Part shown: positions 15,001 through 25,236 of the stretch, one piece after another | Numbering within the stretch: the stretch's first letter is position 1 | Layout: each line of letters begins with the position of its first letter | NCBI GenBank assembly: GCA_965202585.1 | Contig: OZ241829.1 | Span: 29,202,001-29,266,000, forward strand | Reading direction: 5' to 3' | DNA from: Thalia democratica | Taxonomy: Eukaryota | DNA length: 64,000 bases | Program-made: the position numbers and the translations under genes | The notes under the pieces: generated by a model | Told to the model about the DNA's origin: nothing | What the model saw: the letters and a program-made list of their open reading frames with translations, nothing else | Databases searched by the model: none

Positions 15001-18000
15001 GTTTAGATGTTGATGCTGGTTTAGATATTGATGTTTCTGTCAATGTTGATGCTGGTTTAGATGTTGGCGCTGGTTTAGATATCGATGCCGGTCTAGACAT
15101 TGATGCTGGTTTAAATGTTGAAGCTGGTTTAGATATCGATGCCGGTTTAGATATTGATGCCGGTTTAGATATTGATGCTGGTTTAAATATTGATGCCGGT
15201 TTAGATGTTGATGCTGGTCTAGATATCGATGCTGGTTTAGATATCGATGCTGGTTTAGATATTGATGCAGGTTTAGACCTTGACGCTGGTTTAGATGTTG
15301 ATGCCGGTTTAGATATTGATGCTGGTTTAGATATTGATGTTTCTGTCAATGTTGACGCTGGTTTAGATATTGACGCTGGTTTAGATATTGATGCCGGTTT
15401 AGATATTGATGCAGGTTTAGACATTGACGCTGGTTTAGATGTTGATGCTGGTTTAGATGTTGATGCTGGTTTAGATATCGATTCTGGTTTAGATGTTGAT
15501 GCCGATTTAAATATTGATGCTGGATTAGATATTGATGCAGGTTTAGACATTGACGCTGGTTTAGATATCGATGCCGGTTTAGATATTGATGCTGGTTTAG
15601 ATATCGATGCTGGTTTAGATATTGATGCCGGTTTAGATGTTGATGCAGGTTTAGATGTTGATGCTGGTTTAGACCTTAACGCTGGTTTAGATATCGATGT
15701 TTCCGTTAATGTTGATGCCGGCTTAGATATTGATGCTGGTTTAGACATTGACGCTGGTTTAGATATCGATGCTGGTTTAGATATTGATGCCGGTCTAGAT
15801 GTTGATGCTGGTTTAGATATTAATGCAGGTTTAGATGTTGATGCTGGTATAGATATTGATGCAGGTTTAGACCTTGACGCTGGTTTAGATATTGATGCTG
15901 GTTTAGATGTTGATGCTGGTTTAGACCTTAACGCTGGTTTAGATATCGATGTTTCCGTTAATGTTGATGCCGGCTTAGATGTTGATGCCGGTTTAGATAT
16001 CGATGCTGGTTTAGATATTGATGCCGGTTTAGATGTTGATGCCGGTTTAGATTTTAATGCAGGTTTTGATGTTGATGCTGGTTTAGATATTGATGCAGGT
16101 TTAGACCTTGATGCTGGTTTAGATGTTAATGCTGGTTTAGATGTTGATGCTGGTTTAGATGTTGATGCCAGTTTAGATATTGATGCTGGTTTAGATATCG
16201 ATGCTGGTTTAGATATTGATGCCGGTTTAGATGTTGACGCTGGTTTAGATATCGATGCCGGTCTAGATATTGATGCTGGTTTAGATATTGATGCAGGTTT
16301 AGACCTCGACGCTGGTTTAGATATTGATGCTGGTTTAGATGTTGATGCAGGTTTAGACCTTGACGCTGGTTTAGATGTTGATGCTGGTTTAGACATTGAT
16401 GCTGGTTTAGATATTGATGTTTCTGTAAATGTTGATGCTGGTTTAGATCTTGACGCTGGTTTAGATATTGATGCCGGTTTAGATATTGATGCAGGTTTAG
16501 ACCTTGACGCTGGTTTAGATATCGATGCCGGTATAGATATTGATGCCGGTTTAGATATTGATGCTGGTTTAGATGTTGATGCTGGTTTGGATCTTGCTGC
16601 TGGTTTAGATATTGATGCCGGTTTAGATATTGATGCCGGTTTAGATATCGATGCTGGTTTAGATGTTGATGCTGGTTTAGATATTGATGCCGGTTTAGAC
16701 ATCGATGCTGGTTTAGATATTGATGTTTCAGTTAATGTTGATGCCGGTTTAGATATTGATGCCGGTTTAGATATTGATGCTGGTTTAGATATCGATGCTG
16801 GTTTAGATATTGATGCCGGTTTAGATATTGATGCCAGTTTAGATATTGATGCCGGTTTAGATATTGATGCTGGTTTAGATATTGATGCCGGTTTAAATAT
16901 CGATGGTGATTTAGATATTGATGCAGGTTTAGACATTGACGCTGGTTTAGATATTGACGCTGGTTTAGATATTGATGCTGGTTTAGACATTGATGGTGGT
17001 TTAGATATCGATGGTGGTCTTGATGTAGTTGGCGGATTCAGTGCAGTTATGAAAGCCACTGCAGACATCCAGAGCATCTGCGATGAAGTCAGTTTCTTTT
17101 ATTTTATTCTATCTTGTAGATCAATTTGTTTAAGCTTTTAACGTATTTTTAAAATTTGATTGCATTTAGATACTAGGTTTATACAAACTTTATTTCTTTT
17201 TCTAATTTTAAAACTTATATTATGAATTTAAATACTAGCTGATACAAGTTCAGTATTCGAAAATGTAAAATTTCACAACTGACGTATCACAAAAATTTTA
17301 ATCTAATATAAACCATATTTTTTTTCATAATTTAATCTATAATTCTCAAGGTCAAATCTCAAGTTGAATTTCACATGGGAACAAGTTTTGACATGTTCAA
17401 AGCAGTAGAATTTTCAACCCAAGTTGTAGCCGGGTTGAACTACAAAATAAAGGTTCATAGCTAATCGTGCTTTTATAACTTATAAGTTTACAATTTTACA
17501 AAAAAGTTCACTGATGTTTGTTTTACACCTCTAAATGCTGTTTATAAAACTCTCATTTAAGTTAGTTAAAACATGTAATATTCGAATATTAAATAACATT
17601 TTTGTTAGTTATATTGCTTCTTTTATATTAAAATATTAAAGATGATGTTTTATCAAACACCATTCTCAACTTTGAAATTATCTTTAGATTTTTTTTTTGT
17701 CATTAATCTGAGATTAAAAGTATTAATTGTTGTTAACAACTCAAGCTATACATTAACTTAAAACTAAAGTTGTTTCTTTGTATAAAAACTAAACTCAGTC
17801 TGTGAAAAAAAAGTCAACATTTTAAACGCTCAGAACATTTTATTATGTGACATTAAAATATTTATTGGTGTATGCAATAAATTTCATACATTGCTTATCA
17901 GTTCAATAAAAAGCAACCATTTCAGAATCTGCTTATACTCTTTCACACAGAAAGTAGTCATATAGACATCATTAGTTTTCAACTCAAACCGTTTTTTTTC

Positions 18001-19682
18001 TGATTCAGGTCCAGATCGGCATGAAGGCCTTCCTTACCGTCGTCGTCTACTCCTCGCTGGACGGCTCCCTCTCCCTCATGGAGATCTACGACGGACCCTT
18101 CAAGGTTTATTTAAACAAATACGTATTCAAAAATCCGATGCTTATCTATTGGGACGTAAAAAGCCAGTAAAATATAAAAAAGATATTAAAAAATGTTCTA
18201 TTCTTACAACTTATATTTTCACACTCCCACAAACTTTTTAATACCAACGCATTCCACAGAGTGTATAGCATTGCATTATTATCAATTTTAATTACTCCCT
18301 TCAAGGTCCCGATGATCATGGTGGACCCGACGGAAGTGGGACTTCCCGAGCTGGTCGTCAGGGAAATTCCCGACTTCGGAATCCAGATCCAGCCCGCCAG
18401 GTTGGGTGATGACGTTGTGGGCGGATTCGGAGCTGTCGCGAAGGCCACCTCGGGAATCCAGCAGATCTGCAACCAGGTTTCGTGTTTACTCGAGCGTACG
18501 GTTTTTCAGCTTTTTAAAATTAAACTTTGTTTTTGATTTTCACTCTCGTAGATCGTATTGTTGGTGCAACTTGGCAACGAAAAAAGAAAGTTGGTGTAGC
18601 TTGATTCACCGCGTTTTTTATTTATAGTTAAATAATTTTTTTTGTCGAGCTTTAAGGTTTGTTTACTGATAAAAGTTTTTGTTGCGCAAAATTGCTTTTA
18701 GATAGTAAATATAAGCGAGTGAATAGTTGTTGCGTATAAACCGTTTATCTATATTTTTTGATACCACTTGAAACAAAGTCTCAGTTTTGTACACTTAATG
18801 TTTTAAACAACAGCAAAGTTCTGTTTTTCAACTCAAAACTATAGAAACATCTTGTTGCAGCTGAAATCCGCCGTTGAAGCTAGCGCCGGTACAGTTTACG
18901 GAATGTTCAAAGCAGTGGAATACTCCACACAGGTTGTAGCTGGAATGAACTACGAAATAAAGGTAATAAGTTATACAGTTTTTTTTTTTAAGCACTCAGT
19001 GAAATAAAATATACGCTTAAAGAACTCCCATGATAAATAACGCTGCACACAAACAAACAAATATCTAATTTTCTGACCAAAAATAATAATAAAAATTTCA
19101 AACAAAAATTTCAGTATTAAAAGATATAAATTGAAGAAAAAAACGGGTTCAAGTACATTATTATTTATACTTTGATTTCATGATGTAAAAGTATTATTAT
19201 TTATACTGTTTATTCATGATTACAAGTGCATTACTATAATTATTATTTTTTTCATAAATACAAGTGTAACATTATTTATATTACTTTTCCATGATTACAA
19301 GTGTATTGCTAATAATAATATGAATTATACTATTGTTCCGCAGGTGCAAGTTGGCGACGGCTCCTTCATCACCTTCACCTGCTTCGAGGGCTTCGACGGC
19401 TCCCTCTCCTTCACCTCGCTGGTGTCCGGCAGCGTGGACGTCGACACGGACAACGCCCAGCTGGACGGATCCGTCAACGTGGACGCGGACGCGGGAAAGG
19501 CCGGCGGCAAGCTGAGCCTGAGCCTGGACGGGCCGGGCAAGATCGGCGGCGGGCTGAGCTTGAGCTTGGGCGGCGGAAAGGCCGAGGGCAAGGTCGGCGT
19601 GTCGGCGGGCGGGGAGACGAAGGCCGAGGTGGGGGTGAAGCAGGAGAAGAAGAGGGGAAAGTTCTTCGGTTTCTTCGGATGA
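5976..19682 (+). CDS. Secreted triple-stefin (type-1 cystatin-like) protein with giant acidic hexapeptide repeat; join(5976-6021,7866-7969,8337-8438,10539-17087,17351-17452,18009-18104,18306-18476,18861-18962,19344-19682), about 2,536 aa
   Basis: All introns are GT-AG and phase-compatible. There are three QxVxG motifs (QIVGG, QVVAG, QVVAG), each in a 102-nt exon bounded by phase-0 introns as in vertebrate CSTA/CSTB exon 2. Stefin N-terminal helix motifs are present (PATREVQKVADDV, GGFSAVMKATADIQSICDEV, GGFGAVAKATSGIQQICNQL). The exon-2 acceptor is uncertain: 7803, 7815 and 7866 are all phase-compatible. Confidence 0.88.
8337..8438 (+). CDS. Stefin domain 1 middle exon (VKCVVDWRYKNRIRMYKAIEFQRQIVGGTNYRIK)
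   Basis: ttttccag acceptor, GTAAGT donor, 102 nt, QxVxG motif. Confidence 0.9.
10539..17087 (+). CDS. Giant 6,549-nt exon: end of stefin domain 1, basic K/G/C segment, 347 acidic hexapeptide repeats, start of stefin domain 2
   Basis: The tttaacag acceptor is in frame with the ORF at 10620. IQIDDGLFIAVRAFRSFPG resembles the third stefin exon. The exon ends ICDE|GTCAGT, at the conserved stefin intron-1 position. Confidence 0.9.
10776..14465 (+). repeat. Coding tandem repeat block A: 205 x 18 bp, consensus (D/G)ASVD(V/L)
   Basis: GAT GCT TCW GTT GAT GTM units. The 18-bp register holds at 10776, 12558 and 14448. Confidence 0.97.
14472..17027 (+). repeat. Coding tandem repeat block B: 142 x 18 bp, consensus DAGLD(I/V/L), with seven DVSVNV variant units
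   Basis: GAT GCT GGT TTA GAT ATT units; 2556 nt = 142 x 18. Confidence 0.97.
17351..17452 (+). CDS. Stefin domain 2 middle exon (VKSQVEFHMGTSFDMFKAVEFSTQVVAGLNYKIK)
   Basis: 102 nt, AG/GT bounded, QVVAG motif. Confidence 0.92.
18861..18962 (+). CDS. Stefin domain 3 middle exon (LKSAVEASAGTVYGMFKAVEYSTQVVAGMNYEIK)
   Basis: 102 nt, ttgttgcag acceptor, GTAATA donor, QVVAG motif. Confidence 0.92.
19344..19682 (+). CDS. Terminal exon: end of stefin domain 3 plus Gly-rich tail ending KKRGKFFGFFG*
   Basis: ttccgcag acceptor; VQVGDG start like the third stefin exon; strongly G/C-ending codons; TGA stop; AATAAA at 19899-19904. Confidence 0.88.
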   Translation: MQVGDGSFITFTCFEGFDGSLSFTSLVSGSVDVDTDNAQLDGSVNVDADAGKAGGKLSLSLDGPGKIGGGLSLSLGGGKAEGKVGVSAGGETKAEVGVKQEKKRGKFFGFFG

Positions 19683-21250
19683 GGGGTTTTCCCTTTTAAA
19701 GCTTCCCGGTTTTCCCCCTGAGTGAAAATTTGTTTCTTATACGCAGCTTTTCTCAACAAGTCAAAAAATATTTTTCTTAGATAGATTGTGTGTGTGTTGT
19801 TTAGCTTTTGTGTTTAAATGAACTATAAATAACCTTGCTTTTTATTTTAACATTATCGTTTTCCTGTGACATTAGTTCAAAATATATTTAATTGCTTCAA
19901 TAAAACATTAGTCAAACTACTTGTTTTTACTTTAATTTAATATTAAAGCATCTGATGATCCTAAAAACTACATTGTGTGTCAGACACAAATGTCCTAAAC
20001 TTTATTCTGAATTCCAAAACTGTTTACTAAACTTTCCATACACTTAGTGATGTACTTTAACCAGCTAAATATTTTAAACTCTTCAATATTCCTTCTTTTT
20101 TTATCTATGTTAAATATAAAAAACATAAATTAGCTTAATTAGTTGTATGATCAGTTTTTAAGTGTGAAAACATGTCAACAATCGAAATCATAGACTTAAA
20201 ATATTCAAGTTTTTAAAACTAGTTAAACTTTTAACCTAAACTTAAAATAAATCCAAAGTCATATTTTCAAATTAAGCCTACTTTAAAACAAAAAAAAATT
20301 CTATATTCTATTTTTAAACCAGAAGTAGTAAATTAAATTTTTGGTTAAGTTTTAAAAAATGAATCAAAGTTAATAGTAGTTTTATAGTAGACTCATTGTG
20401 AAACACTCAAAGATCAAAAAATTTTAGAAATTTGCATAAGAAAGTTTAAAAGTACTGCTGTGAAATTACACTATTTAAAAAGTATAAAATATTTTGTAAT
20501 ACATGTGGGTAAAATAATAGTCATTAGAATTACCTTTGAAAACTAGTTAATAAGTATACATTTTTTTTAATAGTATAGTAACCTTTTGTAAGCAGCTAAA
20601 AATATAAACAGGTATAAAAGTTATAAATAACAAAATAAGCCTTTAAATTAAAAAAATTGCGAAAATATTTAAAGTTTGAAATATAGGAACAAAATAATAG
20701 TTCTATAAATCTTCGTTTAACTGTGTCTAGTATGAGCTTAAAATCTCCCGTAAATTTTACCTAAGACATTTATTTGTTCTTCTTTTTAAATCCCAGTTTT
20801 AAGATTTAGAATTTTACTTAGGTTTACATGATCGCAGCCCAGTAGCAGGCCGGATTTCAATTACTTTTTTAACATTAGCGGCTCGGTCACTTTCTTTTTG
20901 CGGGCCGTACGTTGCTCACCTTTGTATAAAATGCACTTACTATAAATTTTTGTATCAATAACTACAAAATTACTAAAAAAAGTTATCCATAATAAATTAT
21001 CTAAGATTCATTTAAATACTATTTATCTAAGCTTGAGTTCAATAACATCAAAATAATTTTATATTTATACTTTTTATGAATAAATCTGAAAAAGGTGAGC
21101 TTTAAGAATTCATTTCTTAGATATCATATTGGTCACAAGAAGCTAAATCAAACTTAAATTATTTTAATTATAAAGATATTTATAATATTTAAGAATTCCA
21201 ACTGACAGAAAAACCTTATCAAAAAAAGCACAAACATTTTTATCTAGACT

Positions 21251-23738
21251 CTATTTAATTCTCCTGCCCAAATAAACCAGAGGGTTTCTGCTCTTGTTAA
21301 TGAAACTCTCGCCCATCAGTGTTTTGCACTCTTCCTCCATCTCGTACATGCTGCGCACTTTCACCGTGGCAATGTTCGAGTTGGCCTGACACAAAAGCCG
21401 GCAAAGACCGATTTTCCACTCTTTGAAGCCCAAGTCGATCTGTTTTTGTTGACAAGTATCGTTGTGTTAAGTAATTAGTAGGAAAAGAATGCAGAGGTTG
21501 TGTGTATTGTAAGTTCAAGTTTGGTAAATAAAAAAAGTTTGATTGCCATTTTTTCTTTTAAGACTACTGTGGCATACTTTCCTGTTTTTTTGATAGAAGA
21601 AGTACTGAAAAATAATACAGATTTTAACTAAATATTTGTATGTTTTATAGTTTTTCGAGTAAATTTTAATACTCTTTGTTCGAATAACCATTGTAAAACA
21701 AGTTTCAACCTTTTTGTGGATAAAAACAGAACTATATTAAACTTAATTAAAAAAAGATCCCGTTTTTCAAACTTTTTGTAACAAACAAAACTGTTAAAAA
21801 GACTAAAGGCTGATCAAAACTGTTTAAACAATAAAACAAAATCACAAACGTGTTCCAACTTCGCGTTGTTTTTCAGCAGCTGAATGACGTCATGGCAGCT
21901 GAGTACCTCTTCGTCGAAAATCACCGCGTTCCTGACGACCAGCGACGCGTTGAAGACGTTTATCTGCCGCAGCTCCCTGCACCTCGCCGTGACGTCGTTC
22001 AAAATTTCCCCCGAGATGTCGGCGCCGCTCAAGCGTATCGTTTCGAATTGAGAAAGGAGCGGGCGGAAGGCTCGGAAGATTTTCTCCGTTTTCTCGCAGC
22101 ACTCGGCAAAGTTGAACTTCAACTTTCCCTCGCCGACGTCCAAGTCGAGAAAGAAGTTCTCCTCCTCGCAGTGGAACTTGAGCGCGCTGAGGCCGGGGCA
22201 GCCGGCCATGATGTCGGCGATGACGGTGACGTCATCGACGTCCTCCGGGTCGGTGACGCGCAAGTGACGCAGGAAGCAGCAGTTTTCGGGGACGAGCTTC
22301 AAACAGCCGCCGGACACCGTCGTGTTCGTCAGGTCCAGCCTCTCGATCTGGGGGTTTTCCAAAACGAACCGGCGCAGCTCCGCATCGTCCAACGAGCAGT
22401 CGATGAGGTCGAGGCTGTTGAGCTTCATCTCGCTGACGACTCTCAGGCACTCGTCGGTCACGTGCTCCTTCACTCTAAGTTCTTTGAGGTGAGGGCAGTT
22501 TTTCTGCAGGTTCGCGTAGAAGCGCAGAGCGGCTTCGGGCTCGGGGTCGCACAGACTGCAGTCGACGAGGTGCAGTGACGTCAGCGAACGCAGGTTGCTG
22601 ACGTCATCGAGCATTCGCTCATCAAGGTCGTGGTAGGTTTTCAGTTGCAAGCGTTGTAGGTTGCTGTTGTTTCTGATGAAGCTGGAAAATAATAGAAGTT
22701 GTTGAGTCAAGTTTAAAGTAATTGATATGTTGTTTTTTTTTACACCTAGGTTTGTAGTTTTCAAACAACTTTTAGCTTTAAAGTCAAACCTTTAGTTTAA
22801 TATGAAGTGTAGCACTAGTTTTTAAGTTAAGTTTAAAACATTGATTCATGGGATATAGTTTAACACAATTTAGATTTTTTGTTTATTTATTGATAAAATA
22901 AGTAAATATATGTTACTTGACACAAAGTATAATAAGGAAACCTCATTATTAGAACTCTTTTACTTACTGGAACTAAATTATGGATTTGTAATGGTTATAA
23001 AATATCTTTTCAAAATTTAAAAACAGAATCGATATTTTCAATGTAAGCAACTAAATAAACAAAAAGCTGTTAAAGTTTATTTTTTCCGTAAAAGTAAAAG
23101 AGGTATTGTGCAAGACAATAAAAAAACTATCAAAGTTTTAGTGGTATTTTATCATGTTTCAACGACAAACGCCTACAGCAAAAAACTAACAAAAAAGTAC
23201 TTAAATCGATTAATTTTCGGTTTCTAAGCTCAAAGTTAGAACCTCAACTGCAAATTATATGGCTCCTTGGTTTAGTTTAGGATTTATCGCCCGAAGACCA
23301 CAAATTTGTTTAATCCAAAAGCTCCTTGTTTTTTTTTTAAATTATACAAAAACTAAAACTTGTTTAAAGCCACAACTTAGAAAACGATTTTTTTCAAAAA
23401 AACATACTCAGATTCAAAATTACTACATTTTAATTAAATTTCAGAACAAACCAGCATAAGGCCGACATGGCGGTTTCGTCCTGCGATCCGTCGATGACGA
23501 CGCTCAAGTGCCGCAGGTCGGTGTTTCCCGCCAAAAACGAGTTCACGCGCTCCCTGCCCCGCTCGCAAAACTTGGAAAAGACGATTTTCATGGACTTCAA
23601 GCGCCGCAGGTAGCCGGTTGCCGATTGACGGCACGCGATGCTGGCCTGTGAAAAGCTGATCAGCTCCTGAAAGCTCAGCTGGGCGAATATTTTCTCGGCA
23701 ATGTGCCGTTGACACATGACGAACTCAACTAGATCCAT
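21251..23738 (-). CDS. F-box/leucine-rich-repeat (FBXL-like) protein; complement(join(21251-21439,21850-22681,23452-23738)), about 435 aa
   Basis: N-terminal F-box-like motif RHIAEKIFAQLSFQELISFSQASIAC; LRR-type segments (LRSLTSLHLVDC, CPHLKELRV, LNSLDLIDC, IERLDLTNT); GC-rich exons; both introns GT-AG with matching phases (2, 0). Confidence 0.82.
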
Positions 23739-24249
23739 GGCTGAATGTTCACACAGGTCAAAGGACAAAACAAACGAATAAAACAAAAAGTAGTGTTTAA
23801 AAGTTATATGTTGTACTACATTGAGAACTTAGGTAAAGAAAAAAACTTTTTTTAGTTATTATTTTTAAAACATTGTTGTCAAGGTTATTAGTAATTGAAA
23901 AAAGCAAAAATATAAATTAGTAAAAAATACAATTGTTTTTACTAAACTATAATGTTGTCAAACTACAATTATTTTAAGAAAATATACTTAAACATTTTTT
24001 ATTTGTAAGAAAAAATAAAGTTTTATCGAGTTTAGTTTTTTTGAGAAGACCTAAAAATCTAATTCATTATTTAATAAAATGTTGTAAAACCTTGTTCTAC
24101 TAGGTTTATATTTATAATGGAGTAAAATAAAATTATTAACATTGTAAATTTATATGTTTTATTTGAAAAGAGGAACAAAAATTTAGCATGAAGAAACTGT
24201 TAAATTACTTAAAACAGCTAAAACTCGGTGTTAATAGGAAACTGACAAA

Positions 24250-25236
24250 CTATCTCTTGAATGAGATTAAACTTGAAGTTAGTGAGTCTACTGACGATTT
24301 ACTTGACACTGACTGCGTTGGCAAGTTGAAAGTATAAAACTCAAAAGTGTCGCTTGAATCTTTTGAGTCGTGGTTTTTGTGCAAATTTTTCATCTTGTAA
24401 GTTTTTTCTGTAACTTTGTTCCTGTTGAACCTAACATGCTTTTTTCTTTCAGAAACGTCTTCAAACTGATGTTCATTACTTTTCCTAACACTCTTTTCTA
24501 CTGGTTTTAATTTTCTTTCACGATTTTTAGTTTTCCTGTATACGTCTTCCAAAAACTTTATCTTGTCTAACAGAACATCTATTGCTTTCTTCTTCTCCTT
24601 ACCCAAGCCCTTCGAGTTGTTTTTGTTCTTTAGCCAGTTGTAGTGCATTTCCAGTTCGCTGCTCTTCACTCCGAAGCTGTTTTCACTTCGCTGCAATCTT
24701 GCAACGCTGCTGCAATCGCTGTTATTGCTGCAACCGCTGTTTTGGCGGGAAAGATTGTTTTCATTCTGCCTGCTCTCAGAGTTACAGTTCACTTTTTCTT
24801 CTAACAGCGACAGTATTTTTTTGAGCAGCGATATTTCGCTCGTGGTATCCTCAGCAATTTCCAAACTTCCGCCTCTTTTAAAACGCTCCTCTGAACCAAC
24901 GTTGATATTAGTGGTTTTAGACTTGTTCAGTTTATTAAAATGCAACTTTTTGCGTTTTTTATCGTTGTTTTTCTTTATTCGTAGTACTTTGTTTATGTTT
25001 TTGAACTCGTCATCTAAAAACTCTTTAAAGTTCGGAACTTTTTTCTCGGAAATGTCTTTTTTATTCAACATGATTCTATTTCTTCTTTTAACTCTTTGTT
25101 CTTTTACAAATTGCAATTTATTGACAAGGTTGTTCAAGTTTCCAGACAAGTTTTCCACTGCACTTTCTACTTTGTCTTTTCTTTCATTGCCAACAGACTT
25201 TTTTGGTTGGTGAAGTCTAAAGCCAGTTCTGTCCAT
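24250..25236 (-). CDS. Hypothetical 328-aa Lys/Asn/Ser-rich single-exon protein, likely coiled-coil/disordered
   Basis: A 987-nt open frame in very AT-rich DNA where random ORFs are short; ATG to TAG; no family motif recognised. Confidence 0.6.
   Translation of the reverse strand: MDRTGFRLHQPKKSVGNERKDKVESAVENLSGNLNNLVNKLQFVKEQRVKRRNRIMLNKKDISEKKVPNFKEFLDDEFKNINKVLRIKKNNDKKRKKLHFNKLNKSKTTNINVGSEERFKRGGSLEIAEDTTSEISLLKKILSLLEEKVNCNSESRQNENNLSRQNSGCSNNSDCSSVARLQRSENSFGVKSSELEMHYNWLKNKNNSKGLGKEKKKAIDVLLDKIKFLEDVYRKTKNRERKLKPVEKSVRKSNEHQFEDVSERKKHVRFNRNKVTEKTYKMKNLHKNHDSKDSSDTFEFYTFNLPTQSVSSKSSVDSLTSSLISFKR

Noticed and set aside
10776-17027. CRISPR-like or satellite interpretation of the 18-bp array
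   Set aside because: There are no unique spacers, variation is codon-structured, and the array is in frame between stefin exons of a eukaryotic gene.
12257-17077. 1,606-aa mucin-like antisense ORF (STEA/SKPA repeats)
   Set aside because: Shadow frame. A stop in this frame requires a sense codon starting TA or CA (Tyr/His/Gln), which the repeat lacks, and the ORF ends exactly at the single Tyr (DAYV). It has no independent gene signals.
21850-22578. 242-aa plus-strand ORF and other short overlapping ORFs
   Set aside because: Antisense shadows of the GC-rich FBXL exon, with no motifs.
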